DNA of 64,000 nt from Deltaproteobacteria bacterium (GTDB taxonomy: Bacteria > Desulfobacterota > Desulfobulbia > Desulfobulbales > Desulfurivibrionaceae), in the NCBI GenBank assembly GCA_013349295.1, contig DUZW01000018.1, forward strand, positions 2,741 through 66,740, in the 5' to 3' direction. Below, one piece after another: positions 50,616-60,134 of this stretch. The notes under the pieces are model-generated. The model ran no database searches and was not told the DNA's origin. It saw nothing but the letters and a program-made list of their open reading frames with translations. A program made the position numbers and the translations under genes. Numbering within the stretch: the stretch's first letter is position 1; each line of letters begins with the position of its first letter.

Positions 50616-51140
50616 TTAAATGGGCAACCTTAAAGCGGATAGCTTCCACGAAAAAATGCCGTCGCGATTGAAGACAAGGCCGATGGCCCCTCCGGTTTCG
50701 CGCTTTTGTTTCACCGTAACGACAAAACGGTCAAAGCTCTCGTAAGACATCGAGGTGTCCGTGCCTGGGCCGGATTGGGGCGACTTGGTGTTGTTCTCTC
50801 CGGGCTGCGACTTGTCGCCTTCCATCATGATCGCCAAACTCTCCGGGGTCACAAGTGATTCGACAATCGGATTGATAAGAGCCGCCGCCATCGCATCCCC
50901 CATGGCGGCAAAAGGATTTGCACCTTTTTCCTTCCCCAGCTGGGAGGCGAGCTTGGCATTGAAACTTGCCTTCAAGTTTTCCTTTACCGCCGGGAAATCG
51001 ACGTATCCGGAGAACTTGGCCGCGTTTTTTTCCTCGGCGGCTGATCTCATTCCACGCACGGCCAGATGTGGCGTGAAATAAAAACAGACGCCGAGCCCCA
51101 GCAGAATTGCGGCAAGAGAGATCTTGGTTTTGGTATTCAT
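50616..51140 (-). CDS. DUF2939-like membrane-anchored protein
   Basis: N-terminal TM + TPHLAV, YVDFPAVKENLK, VESLVTPE, RDGIFSWKLSALRL. Confidence 0.75.
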   Translation of the reverse strand: MNTKTKISLAAILLGLGVCFYFTPHLAVRGMRSAAEEKNAAKFSGYVDFPAVKENLKASFNAKLASQLGKEKGANPFAAMGDAMAAALINPIVESLVTPESLAIMMEGDKSQPGENNTKSPQSGPGTDTSMSYESFDRFVVTVKQKRETGGAIGLVFNRDGIFSWKLSALRLPI

Positions 51141-51190
51141 GTTAATTTTCCTTATTGTGTTTGAATGTCACCGACATTCTTCTTTGTTGC

Positions 51191-52657
51191 TTAATAATCC
51201 TTTGAATCCCACAGGGATTTATCGAAATTGACAACCCTGTTCCGCCCGGTCTCTTTCGCCTTATAAAGGGCAATATCCGCAAATTTAACACACTCCCAGA
51301 AGGCCTCCGTATCATTGGGAAAGAGACTGGTGCCGATACTGATGGTCTTGCGAAGTGAGCCATTCTCCACTTGGAAAACATGTTTCTCCACGGCATTACG
51401 AATCTTCTCGGCAACTTCGCCGGCCATGGTTTTTTCACAATCGGTGAGAAGGATCAAAAATTCCTCACCGCCATAGCGGATGATGATGTCCGAACTCCGC
51501 ACGGTATTTTGCAGGATTATGGCCAGGGTTTTCAAGATTTGATCCCCCACGTCATGGCCGTATTCATCGTTTACCTTCTTGAAAAAATCCAAGTCACACA
51601 TCAGAATGCCCATCTGACTGTTTCTCCGCTTCAGACTGGCGATCAACTGATTGATATTGTTTTCAAGGAAGCGCCGATTGGAAAGACCGGTCAAGGCGTC
51701 CCGGGTCGCCATTTCCTGAAGATTGCCGGCGAGATGCTTGGCGTGGAGAACCGGCAATGCCTCTTTCAAATACTGGCCGGCACGGTGAAGATTGAAACGC
51801 AACGCTTTCTCCCGCTCCGGACAGTTCACGTAGAGGGAAAGGAACTGGACCACTCCGAGAACCTGACCGCTGACCACCATGGGCACACAGCTGTGGGTCA
51901 TCACATCTCCCATGGGAAAAATCGGGCAGATATCCGGATTGCCACTGGATGAAACAACCTCCCCCGTTCTTTTGGCCCGACAGAGATTCGCGCTCGTTAT
52001 CACACAACTCTCTGTCTCCATGTCCGCGGGCCAGGCATAGACCGCCTCGATACTTTCGTCCTTTGCGCGCACTTCCCAGATGATAAAGTTTTTAAAGCCC
52101 AGATGCTCCTTGAACACATAGGCCAGGCGTCTGTATACCTCTTCGATGGATTCATCCGCCTCGATGGTTCGCCGGAACAAAGAGATTTTGCGGATGTCGG
52201 AGGTCACCCCATTCACCAGGCTGGCAACGGTTCCTATTTTATCTTTGGAAATAACCGGAATCAGAGAACTCTGTTCGCAGATTCGACTGGCATCCTCTAC
52301 ATTTCTGAGAGACTGCAAGCTGCATATCATTTGATCAAGGAACGAAACCAGAACCCGGATGCAGAGAAAGCTGGTAATGCTCAGCACTATCATGATCATG
52401 GTCACCAGCAGGGCACCTTCAATGATATGGCCATCAATCGTTTTCATGGTAAGGGAAAGGAGCTCCTGGTCCACGGGGAGCCGGCTGAGCTGACCTTTAA
52501 CGGCACCAAGAAAAAGATAGGTGTGCAGCCCCAGAAGAAGATATCCGAGCAGAAAACTTGCCAGAACCAAAACAAATTTTCCATAGATGGACATATTAAA
52601 AAAAGGCTGCCACAAGCGGATCCACAACGATTTTTCCGGATGCTCAAACGTTTCCAT
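51191..52657 (-). CDS. Membrane diguanylate cyclase (two TM segments, HAMP-like, GAF-like, GGEEF)
   Basis: DALTGLSNRR, DLDFFKKVNDEYGHDVGD, I-site RSSD, RYGGEEF, ADIALYKAK. Confidence 0.92.
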   Translation of the reverse strand: METFEHPEKSLWIRLWQPFFNMSIYGKFVLVLASFLLGYLLLGLHTYLFLGAVKGQLSRLPVDQELLSLTMKTIDGHIIEGALLVTMIMIVLSITSFLCIRVLVSFLDQMICSLQSLRNVEDASRICEQSSLIPVISKDKIGTVASLVNGVTSDIRKISLFRRTIEADESIEEVYRRLAYVFKEHLGFKNFIIWEVRAKDESIEAVYAWPADMETESCVITSANLCRAKRTGEVVSSSGNPDICPIFPMGDVMTHSCVPMVVSGQVLGVVQFLSLYVNCPEREKALRFNLHRAGQYLKEALPVLHAKHLAGNLQEMATRDALTGLSNRRFLENNINQLIASLKRRNSQMGILMCDLDFFKKVNDEYGHDVGDQILKTLAIILQNTVRSSDIIIRYGGEEFLILLTDCEKTMAGEVAEKIRNAVEKHVFQVENGSLRKTISIGTSLFPNDTEAFWECVKFADIALYKAKETGRNRVVNFDKSLWDSKDY

Positions 52658-52811
52658 TCAACATTCCTTTCAAAATTTCTTTGCAACAACGGATGATGGG
52701 CAAAAAAAGACCATCACGAATCCACTTAAAACGGAGCAAGATCTCTTTGCCCTGGAGTGGTGTTGCATAACTGATCCCGTCCCCATTGTGCCGTGGCCCG
52801 ACTTGCCTGCT

Positions 52812-52839
52812 CCTCGCACCTTTAACCTCGTTCCTTCTC
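52812..52839. repeat. Degenerate heptamer tandem repeat (CCTYnnn)x4
   Basis: CCTCGCA CCTTTAA CCTCGTT CCTTCTC just past the gap stop codon. Confidence 0.55.
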
Positions 52840-52841
52840 CC

Positions 52842-53846
52842 CTACAGCGGTTTCTGGCTCTCCATCATCAAAATCAGATCAAGCACCCGGTTGGAGTAGC
52901 CCCATTCGTTGTCGTACCAAGACAACACCTTGACCGAGGTGCCGATCACCTTGGTGGACAGGGCGTCGATCACCGAGGAGTGCGGGTTGCCCTGGTAGTC
53001 GATGGAAACCAGGGGTTCTTCGGAATAGCCCAGATAGCGGTTGGCCGCCTCCTTAAGGGCCTGATTCACCTCCGACACCGTGGTGGGCCGTTCCACCTCC
53101 ATGACCGCATCCACCAGAGAAACGTTGGGGGTGGGCACCCGCACCGCCAAGCCGTCAAACTTGCCTTTCAGCTCGGGGATAACCAGGGAGACCGCCGCCG
53201 CTGCTCCGGTTTTGGTGGGGATCATGGAAAGGGCCGCAGCCCGGGCCCTCCGCAGGTCGCTGTGGGGAAAATCCAGAATGGACTGGTCGTTGGTGTAGGC
53301 ATGCACCGTGGTCATCAGACCGGTCTTGATGCCGAAGCGGTCGAGAATGACCTTGGCCATGGGCGCCAGACAGTTAGTGGTGCAGGAAGCGTTGGAGACG
53401 ATGTGGTCTTCCGTGGGGTCGTATTCGTCCTCGTTGACTCCCATGACGATGGTCTTGACCTTGCCCTTAGCCGGGGCCGAGATCACCACCTTCTTGGCTC
53501 CCGCCTCAAGGTGCAGGGAGGCTTTTTCCCCATCGGTGAAAAGACCGGTGGATTCGACCACGTATTCAATCCCCATTTCGCCCCAGGGAATGTCGGCGGG
53601 ATTGCGGTGGTTGAAGATCCTGACCGGGCGGCCGTTGACGACAATGCCGTCCTCCCCGGCGGTTACGCTTTTGTCATACACGCCCATGATCGAATCGTAC
53701 TTGAGCAGATGGGCCAGGGTGGCATTGTTGGTCAGGTCGTTGATGGCAATGACCTCGATGTCGGCAAAGAGGGGGTCTTTGTCAATGGCCCGAAAGATAT
53801 TGCGGCCGATTCGGCCAAAACCGTTGATGCCTATCCGTATCGTCAT
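52842..53846 (-). CDS. gap: Glyceraldehyde-3-phosphate dehydrogenase type I
   Basis: INGFGRIGR, SNASCTTNCLAP, WYDNEWGYS. Confidence 0.97.
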   Translation of the reverse strand: MTIRIGINGFGRIGRNIFRAIDKDPLFADIEVIAINDLTNNATLAHLLKYDSIMGVYDKSVTAGEDGIVVNGRPVRIFNHRNPADIPWGEMGIEYVVESTGLFTDGEKASLHLEAGAKKVVISAPAKGKVKTIVMGVNEDEYDPTEDHIVSNASCTTNCLAPMAKVILDRFGIKTGLMTTVHAYTNDQSILDFPHSDLRRARAAALSMIPTKTGAAAAVSLVIPELKGKFDGLAVRVPTPNVSLVDAVMEVERPTTVSEVNQALKEAANRYLGYSEEPLVSIDYQGNPHSSVIDALSTKVIGTSVKVLSWYDNEWGYSNRVLDLILMMESQKPL

Positions 53847-53948
53847 GCCAGTCTCCTTTATGTGTTTTTATCCGGGGATATCCGTCGGGTATGCTGAAAA
53901 ATTCGGTAAAAGTTCACCGCAGGTGGGTTTTACCCTGCTGACCGAACT

Positions 53949-55562
53949 CTATTGTATCCGTGAAAGCGCCTCGTGATAAAGCGATAAATAACGGGCCAGC
54001 ACTTTATCCCAGGTGTAGTTGTCAAGGATCGTTTTAACGGCCGCCTGTTGCATGGCCTGGATTTTTTGGGGATTGGCGCGGAAGGTCTGCAGGGCTGTCT
54101 GCATGGCGCCCATAAGGGCGGCGGACTTGTGCTCCCGGTAAGCAAAACCGGTTTCCCCATCCTTCACCTTGACCAGACCGCCGATGTGATGGACGACGGG
54201 CAGGTTGCCGAAAAGCTGGGCGATATAGTCGGTAAGGCCGCAGGGCTCGTAACGGGAGGGGATGAGAAAGAAGTCCCCCGCCGCGTAAACACGGTTGGCA
54301 AGCTGCTGATCGTAGCCTCGCAACAGACAGATGCGGCCCTTGTTTTTGGGCGAAGCGGCCAGACCGGCTAGGGCCTTTTCAATCTCCTTGCTGCCCGATC
54401 CCTGGATCAGAACCTGGAAATTCTGATCCAGGGGCAACAGGGTTTCCAACGCGCCCAAGAGCTTGTCCACCCCCTTCTGGGAAGAGAGGCGACCGACAAA
54501 GGTGAAGAGGGGGATACCGGGTCGTTCGTCAAGGGTGCCGGCCTGACGGACCGTTTTCAGATTGTGCAGGGTCAGATCCTTGATCAGGCTCTGGCGGCAT
54601 TTCGTCTTGCCTGCCAGATCGCCGGCGGCGGGGTTGAAGGCGGCGGCAAGCCCCAGTGCTTTGGGTTTGCTCGGATCAAAATCAGCCGGATTGATACCAT
54701 TGGTCACTCCCTTGAGCACTACACCCCGCGCAAGGAGCCGGTGGCCGAGAAAGCCGGTCAGCTCGTCGTCGTCGGTTTCCCGCAGCTCCCGGGCATAGTT
54801 TTCGCTCACCGTATTCAAGGTTGCATACGGCGAGGCGACAAGAAAGGGGTCAAAGTTCCCCCCCAGCAGGTTGTTGGTGATCAGCGCCCCGGGCAAGCCG
54901 GTGATCGCTTCGGCAAACGGCAGGTCGCCCACTTCCTGATGGTAGCCGATCCCGGCGTTATGGATGGTCACCACGCAGCCGGTTTTGGCAAAATAATGAC
55001 GAAAGCCTTCGGTCTCGCGGAGTATGGCCGGCAGAATCGCGGTGTGGCCGTCGTGACAATGGATGATATCGGGCCGCTCCCCCAGATGGATCATCAGGGC
55101 GGCCGCCGCCTTTTGCAGGAGGACGTTCATGGCGAAGTAGTCAAAATGGCCCGAGCCTTGATGATGGAAATGATCCAGGGCTTCGTCCTCCGCCGTATAG
55201 GTATAGACGCTCTTTTTTTCCAGATAGCGGGCCGCGTCGATCAGGTAGATGGCCAGCGCCCCTTTTTTGGCAGTCGGTTTTTCCGTTTTGGCAAAGACCC
55301 GCACATATTCGCGACGCGGTTCCGCGACATAGTCCATATCGATTTCAAAACCCAGATCCAGGGGGGCAAAGCCCAACTGCTCGGGATCCATGAAGCCGTA
55401 ACGCGGCAGAACCACGCTGACCTTACGGCCCGAGCGCGCCAGGGCTTCGGCCAGCTGCCGGGCGACATCCTTGACCCCGCCGGCCCCGGCCAGACCGTCA
55501 TACTCCCTGGTCAGCATCCAGACGTTGTTGACGGCTGTTTTTTTTGGAGAAGCTGTGCTCAT
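53949..55562 (-). CDS. glgA: Glycogen synthase (GT5)
   Basis: AGAGGVKDV (KxGGL variant), PDIIHCHDGHT, TIHN, TVSENYA, GRLSSQKG, PSRYEPCGL, GGL. Confidence 0.85.
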   Translation of the reverse strand: MSTASPKKTAVNNVWMLTREYDGLAGAGGVKDVARQLAEALARSGRKVSVVLPRYGFMDPEQLGFAPLDLGFEIDMDYVAEPRREYVRVFAKTEKPTAKKGALAIYLIDAARYLEKKSVYTYTAEDEALDHFHHQGSGHFDYFAMNVLLQKAAAALMIHLGERPDIIHCHDGHTAILPAILRETEGFRHYFAKTGCVVTIHNAGIGYHQEVGDLPFAEAITGLPGALITNNLLGGNFDPFLVASPYATLNTVSENYARELRETDDDELTGFLGHRLLARGVVLKGVTNGINPADFDPSKPKALGLAAAFNPAAGDLAGKTKCRQSLIKDLTLHNLKTVRQAGTLDERPGIPLFTFVGRLSSQKGVDKLLGALETLLPLDQNFQVLIQGSGSKEIEKALAGLAASPKNKGRICLLRGYDQQLANRVYAAGDFFLIPSRYEPCGLTDYIAQLFGNLPVVHHIGGLVKVKDGETGFAYREHKSAALMGAMQTALQTFRANPQKIQAMQQAAVKTILDNYTWDKVLARYLSLYHEALSRIQ

Positions 55563-55674
55563 ATCCGGGTCCTGTATGCAAGGCAAAGACGCAAGCGATA
55601 ACACGTTGGTTTAAAAGGTGTTCCCTCGCGGCACCGCGTCCTGGTGTTTCTTTGCAAAAATTCCTGTTCCGCCT

Positions 55675-56730
55675 TCAGGCGATAACCTTCTGTCTGAGCA
55701 GATGATCGGCCAGAGTCAGGGCCGCCATGGCCTCGCACACCGGGATGATCCTGGGAATGGCGGAGATATCGTGCCGGCCGCCGATGCTGACCGTGACCGG
55801 CGCGTGGGCCAGGTTGATGGTCTGCTGCACCCGGCTGATGGAGGGGATGGGCTTAACCGCGACCCGGGCCACGATTGCATCGCCGTTGGAGATTCCGGCC
55901 AGGATGCCGCCGCTGTTGTTGGTGGCAAAACCGTCGGGCAGGATGACATCGTTGTTCTGGGAACCCCGCATGGCCGCGGCACCGAAGCCTGCGCCGATCT
56001 CCACCCCCTTGACCGCGCCGATGGACATCAGCGCTCCTGCCAGAGCTGCATCGAGTTTTTCGAAAACCGGTTCGCCCAGACCCGCCGGACAGCCGGTGGC
56101 GAGAATCTCGACAATGCCGCCCAGGGTATCGCCCTCTTTGCGGACCGTTTCGACATGGCTGATCATCCTGGCTGCGGCCTCGTTATCCGGGCAGAACAGC
56201 GGGTTTTCGTTGATTTCGGCCAGATGGCGATTGGCGGTGGTGATCTCGCCCATGGCCACGGTGTAGGCCAGGACCGTAATGCCATGCAGGGCAAGGAGTT
56301 TTTTGGCCACGGCCCCTGCTGCGACCCGCCCCGCGGTTTCACGGGCCGAGGCCCGGCCCCCGCCCCGGTGGTCGCGAAGGCCGTACTTTGCAAGATAGGT
56401 GATATCGCCATGTCCGGGCCGGAATATATCCTTGAGGTTGTCGTAGGATTTGCTGTGGGCATCCTTGTTGTAGATAGCCAATGCAATGGGGGTGCCGGTG
56501 GTTTTCCCTTCAAAGATTCCGGAGAGAATCTCCACCGAATCCGGTTCTTTTCTGGGGCTGGCGGCGGGCCCACCCTGGCCGGGGCGCCTGCGGTCAAGCT
56601 CCGCCTGGATATCCTGTGCGCTGAGGGGAAGGCCGGGAGGGCATCCGTCCAAGATGGCGCCCACTGCGGTGCCGTGGGATTCGCCCCAGGTGGTTACGCG
56701 AAAAACAGAGCCAAAGGTATTTCCTGCCAT
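55675..56730 (-). CDS. aroC: Chorismate synthase
   Basis: GESHG, RPGHGD, GGRASARET, GISNG, GRHD. Confidence 0.96.
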   Translation of the reverse strand: MAGNTFGSVFRVTTWGESHGTAVGAILDGCPPGLPLSAQDIQAELDRRRPGQGGPAASPRKEPDSVEILSGIFEGKTTGTPIALAIYNKDAHSKSYDNLKDIFRPGHGDITYLAKYGLRDHRGGGRASARETAGRVAAGAVAKKLLALHGITVLAYTVAMGEITTANRHLAEINENPLFCPDNEAAARMISHVETVRKEGDTLGGIVEILATGCPAGLGEPVFEKLDAALAGALMSIGAVKGVEIGAGFGAAAMRGSQNNDVILPDGFATNNSGGILAGISNGDAIVARVAVKPIPSISRVQQTINLAHAPVTVSIGGRHDISAIPRIIPVCEAMAALTLADHLLRQKVIA

Positions 56731-56739
56731 TGTCAGCAC

Positions 56740-57324
56740 CTAACAGTATATGGGGTCTTTGGGGAGCGAGGCTTCGATCTTGCGCAGAAACTTGTCGTCG
56801 CCCAAGGCCTTTTCAATAATATGTACGATTTCTCTCGCACTCTTGTTGCCGGTGTCCACGGTGAGTTGCGAACCTTTTTTATAGAGCGGTTCCCGCTCCG
56901 CCAGCACCTGGGCCACCTCGGCATAGATGTCCGAGTCGGTGAGGCTTGGCCGCTGATTGGTACTTTTTTCGTCCTCGGCCAACCTGCGGCAGATGGTGTC
57001 GATATCCGCCGTGAGCCAAACGACAAGGCCGGTCTGCCGCAAGAGGTTCCAGACACCCTGATGCAGGATTGCCCCGCCGCCGGTGGAAATTACCACGTCG
57101 TTGCAACAGACCAGCTCAGCCAGCAGATCACGCTCCAGGAGGCGGAACTGTCCCCACCCCTGCTGGGCAACGATCTGACGGATGGGCTGTCCTGCCCTGG
57201 CCTCAAGCATCGGGTCCATGTCGAGGAATTCAAGGTCCAGATCCTGGGCCAGCATCTGACCCACCAGGGTCTTGCCGGTTGCCCGGTAGCCGGTCAGGAT
57301 TATTTTTCTTTGCGGTGTGAACAT
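56740..57324 (-). CDS. aroK: Shikimate kinase
   Basis: GYRATGKT, FRLLE, STGGG, RPSL, REPLY. Confidence 0.92.
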   Translation of the reverse strand: MFTPQRKIILTGYRATGKTLVGQMLAQDLDLEFLDMDPMLEARAGQPIRQIVAQQGWGQFRLLERDLLAELVCCNDVVISTGGGAILHQGVWNLLRQTGLVVWLTADIDTICRRLAEDEKSTNQRPSLTDSDIYAEVAQVLAEREPLYKKGSQLTVDTGNKSAREIVHIIEKALGDDKFLRKIEASLPKDPIYC

Positions 57325-57526
57325 ATAGAGAATTTACGGGAAAGAGAGGGAGGGTGTCAAGCGCGGCTTCTGTTTCTTTTCCGAGATAGACCGCGAAGCA
57401 GGAAAAAGCACAAGGGTTTTGTCGGCTCCGGCAGCAGATTTTGCTCGGCGACGCAGTTTTATTTCCAGATAACACCTTGAAATACGAGAAGATTTTAAAT
57501 TTCTCACCAAACAGGACAAAAAAGGT

Positions 57527-57561
57527 TTGACATCGTTTTTTTAAAATGATAATTTTTATCA
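57527..57561 (+). promoter_or_regulatory. Sigma70-like promoter overlapped by a Fur-family 7-1-7 box, upstream of the peroxiredoxin
   Basis: TTGACA at 57527-57532; TGATAAT-T-TTTATCA at 57547-57561 covers the expected -10 region. Confidence 0.65.
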
Positions 57562-57608
57562 ACATCAGGTGTTTATTTGCTTATTCCTTTTTACAATGGA
57601 GATATATC

Positions 57609-58220
57609 ATGGGTGAAAATTGTTGCAGTGTTTTACAGGTTGGCCAGAATGTCCCGGATTTTACCATGGAAACCTATGAGCCGACCGATTACGGGTTTGG
57701 CACGATTTCCCTGGAGCAGATGAAAAAACTCGGGAAATGGACGGTTCTGGTTTTCTATCCGGCGGATTTCACCTTTGTCTGCTCCACAGAGTTGGGCGAT
57801 CTGGCGGATGAATATGCCGAGCTCAAGGCGGCCGGGGCCGAGGTGGTCACGGTGAGCACCGATACCGTATACACCCATCTGGCCTGGAAGCGGGAAGAGA
57901 AATTCCTGGAAAACGCCAAATACCCCATGGCGGCGGACCCAACCGGCACCGTCTCCAAGCTTTTCGGCGTCTATGATTACGGAACCGGCCTGGCTCTGCG
58001 CGGCACCTTTATCATCAATCCCGAAGGCAAGCTTGTCGCCTCGGAGGTGAATTTTTACAACGTCGGGCGCAATGCCAAGGAACTGGTAAGAAAACTCAAA
58101 GCCAGTGTCTATGTGGCGGCCCACCCCAACGAAGCCTGTCCGGCCCGCTGGGAAACCGGGGGCAAGACCCTGACCCCTGGCCCGAAATTGGTCGGCAATG
58201 TCTATGAGGCCTTGAAGTAA
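57609..58220 (+). CDS. ahpC: 2-Cys peroxiredoxin (AhpC/PrxU-like)
   Basis: FYPADFTFVCSTE, VSTD, LRGTFIINPEG, GRN, EACPARW; TGGAG RBS before ATG 57609. Confidence 0.92.
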   Translation: MGENCCSVLQVGQNVPDFTMETYEPTDYGFGTISLEQMKKLGKWTVLVFYPADFTFVCSTELGDLADEYAELKAAGAEVVTVSTDTVYTHLAWKREEKFLENAKYPMAADPTGTVSKLFGVYDYGTGLALRGTFIINPEGKLVASEVNFYNVGRNAKELVRKLKASVYVAAHPNEACPARWETGGKTLTPGPKLVGNVYEALK

Positions 58221-58284
58221 CCCAAAGGCAATCGCGAGCAGTACGCTTGCCTGAATGCTCCATCTTTTTTCTTCCCCACCCTCT

Positions 58285-58330
58285 GAAACCCCTCTTTCCC
58301 CCCTCCCTGGGAAGGGGGGGTTTCTTTTTT
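58285..58330 (+). terminator. Intrinsic terminator after the peroxiredoxin
   Basis: GAAACCCCTCTTTCCC-N8-GGGAAGGGGGGGTTTC stem followed by T6. Confidence 0.75.
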
Positions 58331-58331
58331 C

Positions 58332-60080
58332 TCAGGGGCGATTATCCCCGTGCATGCCTGTCCAGAGACCCAGGAAAAAATGACGGGCGTTGGTGCCCAG
58401 CGAACGGGTCCGGTAGCCGCCCTCCTGCACGATCAGCGTGGGCAGCCGCAGAGCGCCGAGCATCCGGCCGTTTTCCTCAAAATCCGCCGCCGAGAGCGAC
58501 CAGGTGCCGGTGGGGTCCTTTTTGGCCGGATCAAACCCCAGGGCCACCACCAGAAAATGCGGCTTAAAGGTGCGGATCCGCTTGAGAGCCCGGCCGAGTA
58601 CGGTGCGATATCCCTGCCCATCCAGCTCTTCGGGCATGGGGTAGTTACGATTGAACCCTCTGCCCGCCCCCTCCCCCGCTTCTTCACTGAATCCGGAAAA
58701 ATAAGGATAGGCAAAGCTGGGATGACCGTGGATCGAAAGGGTCAGCACATCGCTGCGCTGATAAAAGATATCCTGGGTGCCGTTGCCGTGGTGGTAATCG
58801 ATATCAAGGACCGTCACCCTGCCCTCGCGGCTTAAATAATTGGCGGCGATGGCGGCCGAATTGAAATAACAGAAGCCGCCGAAAACCCGGCTTTCGGCAT
58901 GATGCCCCGGCGGCCGGACCAGGGCGTAGGCCAGGCGATAGCCCTTCTCAAGGAGTTGGGCCGCGGTCAAGGCGCAGTCCACCGCCCCCTTGGCCGCCCT
59001 GTAAGCGTTGTGGTTCAAGGGAGTGAATGTGTCGATGCAGTAGTAGCCTGCCCGGACCGGCAGTTCCTTGGGCGGTCTGGCCGCGTTGCGGATGGGGAAG
59101 ACATAGGGGTAAACCGATTTCCCGGGCTCAAGGCTGGTACAGACCTGATTGAGATAGTCGACGAATTTCGGGTCATGGACCTTTTTGATGTGCCGTTCGG
59201 AAAAATGGCGGGTCGGCATACGCTCGAACAACCCGGTGGGCTCTATCCCCTTGAGGATGGAGGCAATGCGCACCGGCGCCTCCACGTAGCCCCGCTCGCG
59301 GATATGGTGGATATCGTGCTTTTCGTTGACGATGAGACCGATCAATTTTTCCAGGGATTTGACGGGATGCACCTTGATCGGCTCTTTCTTGATGTAGCGG
59401 GGCGGGCGGCGCAGCACCGGATCGTCCCGGAAGGATGCCACCACCATCTCGATATAGCCCGCCGGACAATCCTTGCCGTACTTGCGGATGAGGATGGCGC
59501 GCACGACCTCACGGGCCGTGTCCCGGGCAAGGGGCTTGCCGCTGCCCAGATCGTCGTAGACCAGATAGGGAGGGCAATCAAACTCCGGCTTGAGGGGGGT
59601 TTCGTAAGCCGTATTGATGATGGGCAAGGCGCCGTAGCGCTCGTAGAACCTGAGCCGCGCCCGGCTTTGTTTTACCGTGGCCTGTTCCTGGCAGATATTC
59701 GGGTCATCGGGCAGACACTCCATGAAGATTCCCTTGTCACCGAGGGTGCGGGCCTCATCCCGGACCCGCTCGTAGAGGGCGCCGCCGACCCCGCCGGCGG
59801 CCGCTTTCGGGTCCACGGAGATGAAATCGAGAAAGCAAAAGGAAAGATCCGGGGCATGGTTGAGCAGGGCAAAGCCCTTGACCTGAAGCTTCATGTCGTC
59901 GGCGATGAAAAGAATAGTGCGAAAGCGGTATTTCAGGGGGTTGGACAGCTTCTGGGCAAGGCTGGTGATCTCGCTTTCCGAGACCGCGGAGAACTGGCTG
60001 CGCAGGATCTGCTGTACCTGATCGATTGCCTCGCGGTCGATGGCCAGGGTGTTGTCATAAATCCGGCGAATGCGAAACAT
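58332..60080 (-). CDS. Fusion: N-terminal GNAT domain + histone-deacetylase/acetylpolyamine amidohydrolase domain
   Basis: GNAT motif A FLDFISVDPKAAAGGVGGALY and RLRFYERYGA; HDAC motifs RPPGHHA, GGFCYFN, LDIDYHHGNGTQ, SIHG, LGFD, QEGGY. Confidence 0.9.
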   Translation of the reverse strand: MFRIRRIYDNTLAIDREAIDQVQQILRSQFSAVSESEITSLAQKLSNPLKYRFRTILFIADDMKLQVKGFALLNHAPDLSFCFLDFISVDPKAAAGGVGGALYERVRDEARTLGDKGIFMECLPDDPNICQEQATVKQSRARLRFYERYGALPIINTAYETPLKPEFDCPPYLVYDDLGSGKPLARDTAREVVRAILIRKYGKDCPAGYIEMVVASFRDDPVLRRPPRYIKKEPIKVHPVKSLEKLIGLIVNEKHDIHHIRERGYVEAPVRIASILKGIEPTGLFERMPTRHFSERHIKKVHDPKFVDYLNQVCTSLEPGKSVYPYVFPIRNAARPPKELPVRAGYYCIDTFTPLNHNAYRAAKGAVDCALTAAQLLEKGYRLAYALVRPPGHHAESRVFGGFCYFNSAAIAANYLSREGRVTVLDIDYHHGNGTQDIFYQRSDVLTLSIHGHPSFAYPYFSGFSEEAGEGAGRGFNRNYPMPEELDGQGYRTVLGRALKRIRTFKPHFLVVALGFDPAKKDPTGTWSLSAADFEENGRMLGALRLPTLIVQEGGYRTRSLGTNARHFFLGLWTGMHGDNRP

Positions 60081-60134
60081 GATGGCCTCGTCAAAAAGGG
60101 GAAAAAGTCACAGGGCCGCGAGATATATGCTGAG

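Noticed and set aside
57780-57782. Selenocysteine recoding in the peroxiredoxin
   Set aside because: The codon is TGC (Cys), not TGA; only a possible relic is reported.
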